64,000 nt of DNA from contig CBDEUM010000030.1 of NCBI GenBank assembly GCA_965242925.1, forward strand, positions 32,001 through 96,000. Reading direction: 5' to 3'. The stretch comes from Roseibacillus sp. Lineage in GTDB: Bacteria; Verrucomicrobiota; Verrucomicrobiia; Verrucomicrobiales; Akkermansiaceae. Made by a program: the position numbers and the translations under genes. Under the pieces are notes generated by a model. That model was not told where the DNA came from. It searched no databases and saw only the letters and a program-made list of their open reading frames with translations. Of this stretch, positions 29,601-39,717 are shown in pieces. How positions within the stretch are numbered: the stretch's first letter is position 1; every line of letters starts with the position of its first letter.

Positions 29601-30037
29601 ACACAACAGGACCTCACCCCATGTCCCTGCTCCGCAAGTCCTGGAAAGCGGAAAGCCGACGACCCTCAGCGGAAGCATCCCTCAATCTTCCTCCTTCGAG
29701 CTTCCGGGACGGGACTCTTCTCAGAGCATCCGACTTCCCCTCCATCTCTCACGGCCGGCAGATCACATGTGCCGGCCTCGTCATCTGCCGGCAGCGCCCC
29801 GGAACAGCCAAGGGACATTGTTTCATCTCCCTCGAAGATGAAACCGGCATCGCTAATCTTTTCGTTCCCCGCGACACATTCCACCATTACCAACCTGTCA
29901 TCACCACCGAACGCTTTCTCCTCTGCCATGGGCGCATGCAGATCGGTGAAGGTGACCTCCGCACTCTCTACACCACTGCGGTAGAGCCTTTGTCATTTCC
30001 TTCTGACCTCAATACTCACAGTCACGATTTTCATTAG
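26660..30037 (+). CDS. dnaE2: Error-prone DNA polymerase DnaE2 (ImuC)
   Basis: ELHARSSFSFLRGASQPE, QGRGSAANSAVCY, PDIDIDF, PRHLGQHSGG, KVDLLGLGML, YGFPESHS, C-terminal SHDFH. Confidence 0.96.
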   Translation: MFTELHARSSFSFLRGASQPEDLVHRAAELGYQTIALLDHMGVQGSARAHFTAQQHGLRSLVGATAELPNPQSQIAHLEIPLLVKNRTGYQNLCRLLTDLHCVNNTSSSTASPSQGTKSGAEIPFPPAFCSQTKGLIALLTPESLPDLTKANLLETAIWLRDTFGPENLYLTLTRHHIRGEERRNRLLIDLAGHLKLPLLASNAPLFARRRDRLLADAFTCLRHHTTLDQAGTLLEANPERHLKSPSQVTALFHDHSEALHNTQLLADRLEFTLTNLGYRFPSYHENGHPLPPGKEAGLLRELTFRGARQRYGKVGSRIRRQLEHELALIIRLGFSGYFLIVWELVQFARSQGILCQGRGSAANSAVCYCLEITACDPISSDLLFERFLSENRKSWPDIDIDFPSGERREAVIQHVYRKYAPRGAAMTANVITYRPRSAFREMSRILGFPDSIADRFSGLSSSPGIHPDHDGRSQHPRLDIEDLESGAPLAGISMDSCYPENHIEHLEKTFTRSGVPPDHPRFKPLLHLYHEVLSFPRHLGQHSGGMIICDNGLDSIVPLQPAAMPNRTIAQWDKDDCEDLGIVKVDLLGLGMLAAMEDSLRICHQRGKNIDLTRIPHDDPATYDLLCRADTVGTFQVESRAQMATLPIMRPKNFYDLVIEVALIRPGPIAGDLVHPYLNRRNGREPVDYIHPDFQPVLGRTLGVPLFQEQVLRMAMIIAGFDGAEADELRRAMAFKRSDQRMENISRKLILRMSERNIDIAIQEKVVKAIGSFALYGFPESHSISFALIAYASCWLKTHHPAEFFAGLINNQPMGFYSVATLLRDARRHGIRARSVSVLHSAWETLVLDDQTLRLGLQRLKNLSTATAERLVDTRSHAQFSSLPDFLRRVHPNRKERRLLAAAGALNDLPEVEHRRDGLWQVEMDPQEDLFSRSSLPAEPYDAEESSAGRTSQGNRQSATPLTRMTALERLSSDYATQGHTTGPHPMSLLRKSWKAESRRPSAEASLNLPPSSFRDGTLLRASDFPSISHGRQITCAGLVICRQRPGTAKGHCFISLEDETGIANLFVPRDTFHHYQPVITTERFLLCHGRMQIGEGDLRTLYTTAVEPLSFPSDLNTHSHDFH

Positions 30038-30145
30038 CCACTGAGAGATCCGGATTCCCCCCTGCGGTCGGACATGCCATCCGGACCGTTTCAGCGAACG
30101 ACATCGCCACCCCCCTCATTCCCCGGTTCCGCTCCGGAGGCGCAC

Positions 30146-30222
30146 TGGAGCCAGCTGTCGGACTCGAACCGACAACCGCTCGATTACAAATCGAGAGCTC
30201 TACCAATTGAAGCTAAGCTGGC
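30146..30222 (-). tRNA. tRNA-Thr(UGU)
   Basis: Reverse complement folds as a cloverleaf: acceptor GCCAGCT/AGCTGGC, anticodon arm CTCGA-TTTGTAA-TCGAG, T-arm GTCGG-TTCGAGT-CCGAC, encoded CCA. Confidence 0.97.
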
Positions 30223-30240
30223 TGACCTTGCGGCGGGGGC

Positions 30241-30268
30241 AGTATGCCCGATTACCAACCGGCGGCAA
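30241..30268 (-). promoter_or_regulatory. Putative tRNA promoter
   Basis: Minus strand TTGCCG-16 bp-CATACT followed by a GC-rich discriminator. Confidence 0.45.
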
Positions 30269-30443
30269 GCCGGAGGTGAGCGCATGCACTCCCTCGACAT
30301 CGCCCTGCAGGAGGCGCGCAGTCTCCCGGCAGTCGATCCCGCTGAGGTTCCGGAACTCACCCAGGAGACCTTGAACAGGCCTCCTGCGTTTCACGGCTGG
30401 AGATCACAGCATCCTCACACCAGGCGCAGGTCGGTGTTGCCCC

Positions 30444-31682
30444 CTACTGCCGCGGATCCGGTTCCAGCGGAGCAACCCCGGACCCGCCCTTGATGCGAAG
30501 ATGGGGCCAGATCATGAGAGTAGCGACGAACATGAAGACCACTCCCGCCCCCCCAACCCAGCGAGGCCCCAATATTGCAATCATCGGGAAGGCCACAAAG
30601 GGCGCTATGACCCCACGCACGCCACAGAAGAAGGTGTGCACACTCATGTACTCGGCAACCTGCTCGGCCTTTGCAAACTTCGTGACCCAGAGACTCCAGG
30701 CAATATTACCCCCGGCCCGGCCAATCCCGTGCAGGGAGATTCCGACGCAGAGAGTCCACACCTCGTGGCCAAAGAAATAGAAGAAGACTCCGCCGATGAA
30801 AAAGAGATTCAGGATCATGCGCACCGCAAAGAAATTAGCGCGATCAAATATGATTCCCCATGCCACCACGGTAATGAGAAACATGATCTCGGGAAGGGAC
30901 CCGGTGATGAATGCGATGGTGAATTCCGTGAGATGATACCCGTAGACCGGATTGGAGACATATTCCACAAAGATGGACCAGCAGAGCAGGTTCCCAAACC
31001 CCAGGATCATCCAGGAAGTGAGCATGGACCGAAAAACGTGGTCGTCTCTCACGTGCTCGAGGGCGCCAAAAAGCCGGACCTGGTTGGCTCGTTGCAGATG
31101 AACCCGGTCCATGGCCAGAACACACCCGGCCATGAGACAACAGCAGAGGGAATAAATCAGGAGAATCCAGCGAAAATCATCCAGGTTATTCTCCAGCACC
31201 TTGCCGAAGATTACGGCCACGACGAGCGCGGAGGACTTGCGCGCCACGGCGGTGGAGGCAAACAGGCGACCACGGGAACCGTCGGGATAATGCTTCCGAT
31301 AGATCTGCGACATGAGCGGGATGCTCAACGTGATGCAAACCAGTGCCACCACCATGGAGGGCAGGAAGACCCCCATCGTCTTGCCCCCTAGGGCCGCAAT
31401 AAGAAGCCCGCCTGCTGACATGAAACAGAGTATCGCCGTTCCCACATTCACAGATATTCCCGTTCTCCGCACCAGTTGAACCGGGAAAAGACTGAGAAAG
31501 AGACCGCAGCTGGAGGCTGCCACCAGAGTGGCTTTCTGCCACGCCTCCGCATGGAATACGCGCACCGCGATCAGGACCAGGAAGGTCATCGCCAGCGTCT
31601 CCACACACCCGCCCGGCCAGGCTCGCAGGTTATCGAACAGGAACGTTCGCCTCGCGGGATTTTCAGAGGGAGCGATCGGCAT
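30444..31682 (-). CDS. MFS transporter
   Basis: About 12 hydrophobic segments in 412 aa; YPDGSRGRLF loop motif. Confidence 0.85.
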   Translation of the reverse strand: MPIAPSENPARRTFLFDNLRAWPGGCVETLAMTFLVLIAVRVFHAEAWQKATLVAASSCGLFLSLFPVQLVRRTGISVNVGTAILCFMSAGGLLIAALGGKTMGVFLPSMVVALVCITLSIPLMSQIYRKHYPDGSRGRLFASTAVARKSSALVVAVIFGKVLENNLDDFRWILLIYSLCCCLMAGCVLAMDRVHLQRANQVRLFGALEHVRDDHVFRSMLTSWMILGFGNLLCWSIFVEYVSNPVYGYHLTEFTIAFITGSLPEIMFLITVVAWGIIFDRANFFAVRMILNLFFIGGVFFYFFGHEVWTLCVGISLHGIGRAGGNIAWSLWVTKFAKAEQVAEYMSVHTFFCGVRGVIAPFVAFPMIAILGPRWVGGAGVVFMFVATLMIWPHLRIKGGSGVAPLEPDPRQ

Positions 31683-31694
31683 CCGGGAGGGGTT

Positions 31695-31871
31695 CTAGCC
31701 GCCCTCGAGGCGCGTGGCGAGCAACCAAAAGAAGAGGGCCATCATGAGCAGCACAGCCGCGGGATCGGCACGTGCCCCCCATTCAAAGGTCCTGGTGAAC
31801 TCAGCGGTAGTCGCCAGACCTGTGCACCAATGCCCATTCGGATACAGCGGAAAGAAAGACGTCAAATTCAT
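31695..31871 (-). CDS. Possible small membrane protein
   Basis: 58 aa ORF with a C-terminal hydrophobic stretch, filling an otherwise empty gap. Confidence 0.3.
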   Translation of the reverse strand: MNLTSFFPLYPNGHWCTGLATTAEFTRTFEWGARADPAAVLLMMALFFWLLATRLEGG

Positions 31872-31960
31872 GAAACCGGGCCATCCTGACTCGCGCACCA
31901 CAGAGAGCCCGGGTGCTTAACATGCCCAGCCGGGGCGGCGTAGGATTGAACTCCCCGTTC

Positions 31961-33148
31961 CTACCGGGAGGCCCCGCCTTCCGGGGCCGCTCCTTCCGGC
32001 AGGCTGGCGGACTCCGCCTCTTCCACCGCCTCCTTGAGTTCCTGCTCGTCATCACCTGACTCCCCCTTCTCCTTGCTGATGGCCACTGCGATCCATCGGA
32101 ACTCATAGCTATTCTCGAGAAAGACCTTCAACATCATCATGATGGGTACCGCCAGGAACATTCCAACCGGCCCCCAGACCCAGCCCCAGAACATCACGGA
32201 CACAATGACAACCAGAGTCGAAAGCCCGAAGCGGTGCCCCATCATCATGGGTTCCACAAAATTTCCAAGGAAGGCGTTGATCGCAATGTAACCGACCCCC
32301 ACCGCCACCGCGCTGGGCCATCCCATGAGGACCAGGGCCAGTATGGTGGGAGGGATTCCTGCCACGATCGACCCCATGACTGGAATGTAGTTGAGGGCCC
32401 AGGCGAGAATCCCCCACAGGATGAAGAAATCCAGTCCTGCCGCCCAGCAGAGGAAGCCGGCAAGAAATCCAGTTGCCAGACTTACAATAGTCTTAATGCC
32501 CAGAAAACGCTGAATATCTTTCCCGGCAAAGAGCATGCGCTCAAAATTGGGTCCGCGGGCCTCCGCAATCAAGCTGAGACGCCTCCCGAACATTCGAGCC
32601 TCCATCAGCATGAAGACGGTGCAAAGGACCACAATGAAGGCCGCTCCAAGAAAGGCCGTGACGCGACCAACCACGTTGGTGCCGAGGTCGACGATATCCT
32701 CTACCTTGATGTTGCTGAGCTGCTGGGTGAGATCCTCGGTTACGTAAGTACGCACGCTCTTCCTGGCTTCCTCCTCAGAGATATCAGACCACTTGACAAT
32801 GGTATCGACCGCCCAGTCCTCCGCCTGCTTGAGTTTCTGGGTGCTCTGAACCTGGTACTTGCTTTCCCACTTTTCCTGCAGTTCACCGAAGAGGGCCACC
32901 CCGATCAGAACGACGCCCGCAAGAAAGGCAAAATCTACCAGCACGGTGGTAATCACCGCAATGAAGCGCGGAATCTTATGACTCCTGAGCCAGGCCGTGA
33001 TGGGAAAACTGACTGTTGCGATAAACAGCGCCAGAAGGAAGGGCGCAAAGAAGCCGCCTGCCGCCTTCAATCCGGCGATCACGACCACCACGCTGGCCAG
33101 GATAAGCAAAGTGCGAATCCCCGCTTCAATTTCTCTTCGTCCAGTCAC
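31961..33148 (-). CDS. AI-2E family transporter
   Basis: PFLLALFIA, KTIVSLATG, LNYIPVMGS, GNFVEPMMMG..GLS, FWGWVWGPVGMFLAVP. Confidence 0.92.
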   Translation of the reverse strand: MTGRREIEAGIRTLLILASVVVVIAGLKAAGGFFAPFLLALFIATVSFPITAWLRSHKIPRFIAVITTVLVDFAFLAGVVLIGVALFGELQEKWESKYQVQSTQKLKQAEDWAVDTIVKWSDISEEEARKSVRTYVTEDLTQQLSNIKVEDIVDLGTNVVGRVTAFLGAAFIVVLCTVFMLMEARMFGRRLSLIAEARGPNFERMLFAGKDIQRFLGIKTIVSLATGFLAGFLCWAAGLDFFILWGILAWALNYIPVMGSIVAGIPPTILALVLMGWPSAVAVGVGYIAINAFLGNFVEPMMMGHRFGLSTLVVIVSVMFWGWVWGPVGMFLAVPIMMMLKVFLENSYEFRWIAVAISKEKGESGDDEQELKEAVEEAESASLPEGAAPEGGASR

Positions 33149-33423
33149 GCAACCTGTCTACGGAGGAACCTACCCGACCCTCCGGGCCTACCTTAATCCA
33201 AGTTCGGCCCCACCTCAAAGAATTCATTTTGCCAAACCAACCTTTTCCAGGGGCCTCCCCGGGATCCCCCGGGGCATCAACCAGATCGCTGCAGCCATAA
33301 ATGAACCCATGCGGAATGAATCTCTCCCGAATGACCCGCCCAATCTCGGGAGCCAGTTTGGTCTCACTCCGGAGGCGAAAACTACCCGCCTTCCGCATCC
33401 AGCAGGCTGCAGGCAATTCCTGT

Positions 33424-33946
33424 TCACCCAAAGAGCTTCATGGCGAGCTGCATCGCCTTTCCGTGAGGCATGCTGGCAACCCTGTCCGACATTTTCGAGG
33501 CAAAGCTCACGAACTCCTCAAGAGACTGCATCTGATCATGAAAACGCACGCCCTCCCGCGCTCCTTATCCCCTTGCTTTCGGCAAGACAGTTCTGGAGCA
33601 GGTCGAGGGCAGGATCAATTTCACGTCGTTTCCGCTCCTGCACGATTCTCCGGAAGATCTCCCAGACATCCAATTCCGCCTCAAAGTATTCCTTGCGGTC
33701 ACCCTTTCGAGTCACAATGCGGATCAATCCCCAGTTTGCCAGGTCCTTGAGATTAGTGTGGGCGTTTCCCCGGCTGATGGCCAATTCCGCCATCACCTCA
33801 TCCGTGCTCATAGGCTCAGGGCTTGTCATCAGGAGAGCATGGATCTGCGCCATGGTCCGGTTAATACCCCACTGCGTGCCCATCACCCCCCACTGCTCCA
33901 CAAAGCGCTCGCGTGTGTCCCTGAGCTTTGCCTCCCCTTCTTTCAT
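33424..33946 (-). pseudogene. GbsR/MarR family transcriptional regulator with a +1 frameshift near the 3' end
   Basis: FVEQWGVMGTQWGINRTMAQIHALL..ISRGNA..GDRKEYFEAE; the called ORF stops at 33536, but the adjacent frame continues FHDQMQSLEEFVSFASKMSDRVASMPHGKAMQLAMKLFG to TGA at 33424. Confidence 0.8.
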
Positions 33947-33948
33947 CT

Positions 33949-33983
33949 GTTTCAGAAATTATCGAAACTTCAGATTGGGTCAA
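33949..33983 (-). promoter_or_regulatory. Promoter with an overlapping palindromic operator (probable autoregulation)
   Basis: Minus strand TTGACC-16 bp-TAATTT; palindrome GTTTC-AGAAATTATC-GAAAC at 33949-33968. Confidence 0.55.
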
Positions 33984-34077
33984 GACCAATGGGATCAAAG
34001 CATCAGCCCACCCACCCGGCAACCGATCCTGATCCCCCGGCTAACCCCGACAAAGGCATCGCCCGAGGCGCACCGGA

Positions 34078-35109
34078 TCAACCTTCGCCCGGAGGATCAT
34101 CCCTGCCTGCAGGATTCCGACCTTGAGCGGACTTGAAAGCGGTTTCTCCTCCAACGGTGAGACGGCCCGTCCCCCCGCCCGGTCTCTTCACAAATAGTTC
34201 CAGCACAACGATCAGGAGGGCACCCGCCAACATCAATCCGATCGCGATCCAGGTCGATCCCGTTCCCAGGTCCGGCAGGTGCCAGTTTTCAAATCCGATA
34301 ATTTTCTCCTTCACCTCCCCGTCGCGAACAAACTCCTCCATGAGGGTGTCCTTCCAGGGCCAGATGATGGCGAGCGACCCCGCCACAAATCCGGTGATAA
34401 GCGCCATCACATTGTCGTGCCAGGTGTGGAAAAGCCAGCTCAGCACCCTCGCGAGCGCCACCAGGCCCACTAACGCGCCTATCCCAAAGGGCACGAGGAT
34501 CCTGAGTCCGGCCCCGATCTCCCCACTGGTGAGATCGTTGACCGCGTCAATCATGATGAGCTTGTAGGTTCCCATCAGGAGCAGAACGAACGATCCGCTC
34601 AAACCCGGGATGATCATGCTGCACATCGCCACCACGCCGCAGAGCAGGAGATAGAACATGTTGCTGCTCCCTGAAACCGGGGTCATGAAGGCCATGGAAA
34701 GCGCAATTCCAGTTCCCAGTAGAATGGCGATGGCCGAACCGGCACCCCAGTGTTTGACCAGCTTGCCCACCGCGGGAAGGGAAGCGGCAATCAGTCCGAA
34801 GAAAAAAGCCCACACCATGACCGGATGGCTCTCAAAGCCCCACTCAAGGATCCGCGCCATGGTGACGATGCTCACCGCCACACCGACCCCGAGGGCTCCC
34901 AGAAAGCGCCCGTCCACACGCTTCCATGCCTCCCTCCCCCTGAACCTGAACAGGAGGTGGGCAGTGGTCGCGTCGAACTTCTTGATTGCCTCAATGAGTC
35001 GCTCGAAAATCCCGGTGATGAAGGCGATTGTCCCGCCGGATACTCCGGGAATCACATTGGCGGCTCCCATCGCGAACCCTTTCAGGAATCGGAAAATGTC
35101 ATCCATCAT
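34078..35109 (-). CDS. DUF368 domain membrane protein (undecaprenyl-phosphate translocase family)
   Basis: KGFAMGAANVIPGVSGGTIAFITGIFERLI and MIIPGLSGSFVLLLMG repeat motifs. Confidence 0.92.
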   Translation of the reverse strand: MMDDIFRFLKGFAMGAANVIPGVSGGTIAFITGIFERLIEAIKKFDATTAHLLFRFRGREAWKRVDGRFLGALGVGVAVSIVTMARILEWGFESHPVMVWAFFFGLIAASLPAVGKLVKHWGAGSAIAILLGTGIALSMAFMTPVSGSSNMFYLLLCGVVAMCSMIIPGLSGSFVLLLMGTYKLIMIDAVNDLTSGEIGAGLRILVPFGIGALVGLVALARVLSWLFHTWHDNVMALITGFVAGSLAIIWPWKDTLMEEFVRDGEVKEKIIGFENWHLPDLGTGSTWIAIGLMLAGALLIVVLELFVKRPGGGTGRLTVGGETAFKSAQGRNPAGRDDPPGEG

Positions 35110-35171
35110 TTCGGTCTCTCATCTCTCACGCATTGGCAAACACGAATGACACCAGCCTGATCGGCGTCCTT

Positions 35172-36737
35172 CTACAGCTCCAGCAGCAAGCTGGCGGGAC
35201 TCTCCAGACAGTCCTTGATCCCGATCAGGAACGTCACAGCCTCCTTCCCATCCACCAGACGATGATCATAGCTGAGGGCGAGGTACATCATGGGCCGCAC
35301 CTCAACCTTCCCGTCAATTGCCACGGGACGTTCCTGGATGGTGTGCATGCCTAGAATGCCACTCTGGGGCGGATTGAGGATGGGCGTGCTCAGGAGGGAT
35401 CCATAAATCCCTCCATTGGAGATGGTGAAAACGCCTCCCTGCAAATCTTCCAACTGGATCTTCCCCTCCCGGGCCCGCTCGGAATAGCTGAGGATGTCCT
35501 TTTCGATCTCCGGGCAACCCTTCTTGTCAGCATCGCGCACCACCGGCACCACAAGGCCCTTCTCGGTCCCCACCGCGATCCCGATATCGTAGAAGTGGTT
35601 TTCGATGATCTCGTCCCCGTCAATGCGTCCATTGAGGGACGGCACCTCCCGCAGGGCGTGCACTACCGCCTTCACAAAAAGGGACATGAATCCCAGCTTT
35701 GTCCCATACTTCTCCGTGAAGCTCTCCTGTACGGTCTTGCGTAACTCGATCACCGCAGACATGTCGACCTCGTTGAAAGTCGTCAGAATGGCAGCCGTCT
35801 GCTGGGCATTGACGAGCTGAGCCGCGATTTTCCGTCGCAGGGGACTGAGCCGGCGACGGGTGATTCGTCCATCCGAGAACGGTTTGAATTCTTCCCGCGT
35901 GAGAGGCTCAGGGATCCGGTTGAAATCCGGCTTGAGCCGGGAGGGCGTCTCCTCCCCAAGCGGTGAAGTAGAGCGCAGGGCCGCAGCCGCAGAAGAGGCG
36001 GAATCTGACGCTGCCACGGGAAAGTCCGTTTCTACCGGCGCCGGAGGAACCGTATCCGGTGGGATCGCCAATTCCTCTTCCTGCGCCTCGGGAGCGGAAG
36101 CTACGCCCTCCGTCGCAGGCACGGCACCAACCGTCAGGGTTCCGATAACGGCCCCGATGGACACCTCCATCCCCTCCGGCGAAAGAATGTTGAGCACGCC
36201 GTCAGCCTCCGCATCAAGCTCCGCGGAGACCTTGTCGGTTTCGAGGGTAACCAGAGTCTCTCCTTCCCGGACCCCTTCCCCGTCGCGTTTGTGCCATTGC
36301 GCAATGGTAGCCGAGGCGATCGATTCACCCGCGGCAGGAACCTTTATGACAATGATCTCGGGCTCGTCATCAAGGGTCGTGAATCCGAAGGGCACCTCTG
36401 TATCCCCGGCCCCGACCGATCCGGCAGCGGCTTCCTCCGGCTCAGACACCTCTTCTCCTGCCGGTTCCGGGGCAACTGGAGCATCTACAGAGCTCATCTC
36501 CGCTCCTTCTGCAATCTCTGCAATGACCGTCCCAATCGGGACCTCCTCGCCTTCAGACACTACAATCCTGATGGTCCCCGCAGCCTCCGACTCCAACTCA
36601 GTGGACACCTTGTCGGTCTCGATGGTGGCCAGCAACTCCCCCTTGACGATCGTTTCGCCGTCGGCCTTGTGCCATTGCCCGATAGTTGCCGAGTTGATGG
36701 ACTCGCCGGCAGCGGGAATCTTGACTTCGTGCGCCAT
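35172..36737 (-). CDS. sucB: 2-oxoglutarate dehydrogenase E2, dihydrolipoyl succinyltransferase (two lipoyl domains)
   Basis: Two ETDKV lipoyl motifs, [27 protein letters not shown]; start placed at MAHEVKIP. Confidence 0.96.
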   Translation of the reverse strand: MAHEVKIPAAGESINSATIGQWHKADGETIVKGELLATIETDKVSTELESEAAGTIRIVVSEGEEVPIGTVIAEIAEGAEMSSVDAPVAPEPAGEEVSEPEEAAAGSVGAGDTEVPFGFTTLDDEPEIIVIKVPAAGESIASATIAQWHKRDGEGVREGETLVTLETDKVSAELDAEADGVLNILSPEGMEVSIGAVIGTLTVGAVPATEGVASAPEAQEEELAIPPDTVPPAPVETDFPVAASDSASSAAAALRSTSPLGEETPSRLKPDFNRIPEPLTREEFKPFSDGRITRRRLSPLRRKIAAQLVNAQQTAAILTTFNEVDMSAVIELRKTVQESFTEKYGTKLGFMSLFVKAVVHALREVPSLNGRIDGDEIIENHFYDIGIAVGTEKGLVVPVVRDADKKGCPEIEKDILSYSERAREGKIQLEDLQGGVFTISNGGIYGSLLSTPILNPPQSGILGMHTIQERPVAIDGKVEVRPMMYLALSYDHRLVDGKEAVTFLIGIKDCLESPASLLLEL

Positions 36738-36769
36738 GATTGGAGTGATCGGTAGCGGTGAGGTGTTTT

Positions 36770-39580
36770 TTAGACGGAGAAGGCCTTCTCCACGAGCTTC
36801 TTCTGTTCCCGCAGGTGCATTGCCTTGGAACCTGCCGCCGGACTCGAGGCGCTGTTGCGGCCCGCATAGCGCACGTGGTGCGACCCCACACACCTTTCGA
36901 GGCGCGGCCAGATATAGGACCAGGCCCCCATGTTGAGAGGCTCCTCCTGGCACCAGACATATTTGGCGGCGTTCCCGAAGACCCCGATCGTCTCTTCAAC
37001 CAGTTCGCCGTGAAACGGATAGAGTTGCTCGACGCGAATGAGGGCGGCATTGCCAATCGCCTGTTCTTGGCGGTACTGCAACAGATCGTAGTAGATTTTT
37101 CCCGAGCAGAAAATAACGCGTTCGATGTCATCGAGCATCGGTTCCTTGATCTGAAAATCTGGCAGCACCTCCCGAAAGGATTCCCCCTCGAGGAACTCCT
37201 CCTCCCGGGAGACTGCCTCGGGCCGGGTGAGAAGACTCTTCGGAGTCATCAGCACCAGCGGCTTGAGGAACCCGCGATGCTTCTGGCGCCGCAGGACGTG
37301 GAAATACTGCGCGGGGGTAGTCGGGTTGGCCACCGTCATGTTTTTCTCCGCACAAAGCTGCAGAAATCGTTCCAGTCGCGCACTGCTGTGCTCCGGCCCC
37401 ATCCCCTCGTAACCATGCGGCAGGAGCATCACCACGCTGCTGGGCGTCTGCCACTTGGATTCCGCGGAAGAGATGAACTGATCGATGACCACCTGCGCCC
37501 CGTTGACAAAGTCTCCAAACTGGGCTTCCCACATGATGAGCATCTGGGGACACCCCAGTGAATACCCGTAGTCGAACCCAAGAACCGCAGCCTCGGAAAG
37601 CAGGCTGTTGTACACACAGAACGTGGCCTGTTCCGGATCGATGTGGTGGAGCGGAATATGACGTTGCCGGCTCTCGTAATCGTAAAACACGGCATGGCGC
37701 TGGCTGAAGGTTCCGCGCCTGCAATCCTGCCCGGAGAGCCGCACGGGGTAGCCTTCCTTCAGGAGCGCTCCCCAAGCCAGCGATTCCGAGAATGCCCAGT
37801 CAAACGGTCCTCCGTTCTTGAGGGCCTCCACCCGCCGCGGCATGAATCGCTTGACCAGCGTCGGGTGCAGTTTGAAGCCCTCTGGCACCGTGGTGAGAAC
37901 CTTCCCCACGTGCTGCAGCACTTCTCTCGATACGCCGGTGAAGACCGGATCGTGATTGAAGACCTCCTGAGGCTCAGCGGTCGATCCACTGAAGATGCTC
38001 CGATCTCCTTCCTCCTCCAGACGCTTCATCTCGGCGTACTCGGCCTCGAAACGATCCCAGATCTCGTCATGCTTCGCCTGAACTTCATCCTGACTCATCA
38101 CCCCGCTCTTCACCAGTTGGTTCCCGTAAAGCTGGCCGATCGGCTCGCGCTCGGCGATCTGCCGGTAAATACGGGGCTGGGTGAAGGCGGCCTGGTCGTT
38201 TTCATTATGGCCCTGGCGGCGATAGCAGTACATGTCGATCACCACATCGCGCCCGAATCGCTGCCGGAAGGCGAAGGCTAATTCCGCTGCCCAGATCAAT
38301 TCCATGGGTCGCTCGCCGTTCACATGCAGGATAGGCGCCTCTATCATCTTGGCCACATCAGTGGCGTAGGATGATGAACGGGCATCAGACGGCATCGTGG
38401 TAAACCCGATCTGATTATTGATGATCACGTGGATGGTCCCTCCCGTCCGGTAACCTGGCAACTGAGAGAGGTTGAGAACTTCCGCCACCGAACCTTGTCC
38501 GGCAAAAGCCGCATCACCGTGAATGAGGAGCGGCAGAACCTGCTTGCGGTCAGTCTTCACCCCATCGTCACCGAGAATGCGCTGACGAGCGCGGGCCTTT
38601 CCCTCCACTACCGCGTTGACCGCCTCAAGATGACTGGGATTAGCCGCAAGGCTGACCCTTACTTCACCATCAGCAAACTTCCGCACGCTTTCGTAGCCGA
38701 GGTGGTATTTCACATCTCCATCGCCGGCCACCAGATCGGGAACATAATTGGGAGTGAATTCGTAGAGAATGGTGCGAAGCGACTTGCGCACAATCTGAGC
38801 GAGAACATTGAGACGTCCGCGATGCGCCATCCCCATCGGGACCTCCTTGACCCCTGCCCCTGGCGAAAGTTCTATGATCCGGTTCAGGATGGCCATGACT
38901 CCCTCTCCGCCCTCCAGTGAAAAACGCTTTTCTCCGAGAAATTTCTTGCCGAGGAAGGACTCGAAGAGCTCGGCCTCCAGAAGCCAGCCCAGGGTCTTCT
39001 CCTGCAACTCCTGAGGCGCCTCGTCATGCATCACCCGTCCCTCAATTCGCTCGCGCATCCAATTCCGCACCTCGGTGTTGTGGATGTGCATGAATTCGAA
39101 TCCTATCCAGCCGGAATAGGTCTCATCGAGAGCTTCCACCATCTCTTTCAACTGCATCTTCTCGCCGTTGCGGAAAAACTGGGTGGATGCCTCACGCTCG
39201 ATATCGCCGTCATTGAGGCCGAACTTCAGGAGTTCCAGCCGGGGATTGCGCGGGGGGGACTTATCAAGCGGGTTGATGCGCGCCTGCGTGTGACCCAGCG
39301 TACGGTAATTATACACCAGACTGACCACCCCGCCTCGGAAGGCCCGTTGCTTGGCGGCAAGTTCTGCGCCGGGTGATCCGGGGGTGGATACCACTTCAGG
39401 GGGATTCCCGGTCCCCTTGCCCTCCACCTCTCCCAGTTCCCTTAGTTGGGCGGCGCCCAGTGTGAAGCCCTCGAAAAATGCCGACCAGGCGGGATCAACA
39501 CTGGTGGGATCCTCAAGCCAGCGCTCGTAATTCGCCTCGAGCAAATCAGCACTCATGCGTGCGGAAACGGAAGAATTCAT
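36770..39580 (-). CDS. sucA: 2-oxoglutarate dehydrogenase E1
   Basis: [56 protein letters not shown]. Confidence 0.97.
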   Translation of the reverse strand: MNSSVSARMSADLLEANYERWLEDPTSVDPAWSAFFEGFTLGAAQLRELGEVEGKGTGNPPEVVSTPGSPGAELAAKQRAFRGGVVSLVYNYRTLGHTQARINPLDKSPPRNPRLELLKFGLNDGDIEREASTQFFRNGEKMQLKEMVEALDETYSGWIGFEFMHIHNTEVRNWMRERIEGRVMHDEAPQELQEKTLGWLLEAELFESFLGKKFLGEKRFSLEGGEGVMAILNRIIELSPGAGVKEVPMGMAHRGRLNVLAQIVRKSLRTILYEFTPNYVPDLVAGDGDVKYHLGYESVRKFADGEVRVSLAANPSHLEAVNAVVEGKARARQRILGDDGVKTDRKQVLPLLIHGDAAFAGQGSVAEVLNLSQLPGYRTGGTIHVIINNQIGFTTMPSDARSSSYATDVAKMIEAPILHVNGERPMELIWAAELAFAFRQRFGRDVVIDMYCYRRQGHNENDQAAFTQPRIYRQIAEREPIGQLYGNQLVKSGVMSQDEVQAKHDEIWDRFEAEYAEMKRLEEEGDRSIFSGSTAEPQEVFNHDPVFTGVSREVLQHVGKVLTTVPEGFKLHPTLVKRFMPRRVEALKNGGPFDWAFSESLAWGALLKEGYPVRLSGQDCRRGTFSQRHAVFYDYESRQRHIPLHHIDPEQATFCVYNSLLSEAAVLGFDYGYSLGCPQMLIMWEAQFGDFVNGAQVVIDQFISSAESKWQTPSSVVMLLPHGYEGMGPEHSSARLERFLQLCAEKNMTVANPTTPAQYFHVLRRQKHRGFLKPLVLMTPKSLLTRPEAVSREEEFLEGESFREVLPDFQIKEPMLDDIERVIFCSGKIYYDLLQYRQEQAIGNAALIRVEQLYPFHGELVEETIGVFGNAAKYVWCQEEPLNMGAWSYIWPRLERCVGSHHVRYAGRNSASSPAAGSKAMHLREQKKLVEKAFSV

Positions 39581-39717
39581 TTGGCACAGACAGGCAGCAA
39601 TCGCGGAGGCACGAACGGGGTTTTCTTCCTTGGTGCCGGCAGCAATTCTCTTTAGTTAAGGGCACCTACTGAGAGAGTCAATCGCCCATGCGGTCCGGTT
39701 CTCGCCCCCCATGCAAA

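Noticed and set aside
24265..30222. Mutasome as an island integrated at tRNA-Thr
   Set aside because: No integrase and no duplicated tRNA 3' end found by eye
33149..33423. Small ORFs (33224-33427, 33126-33431) downstream of the regulator
   Set aside because: No motifs, atypical composition, competing frames; not supportable
39581..39600. Sigma54 promoter (TTGGCAC)
   Set aside because: The -12 TTGC element is missing
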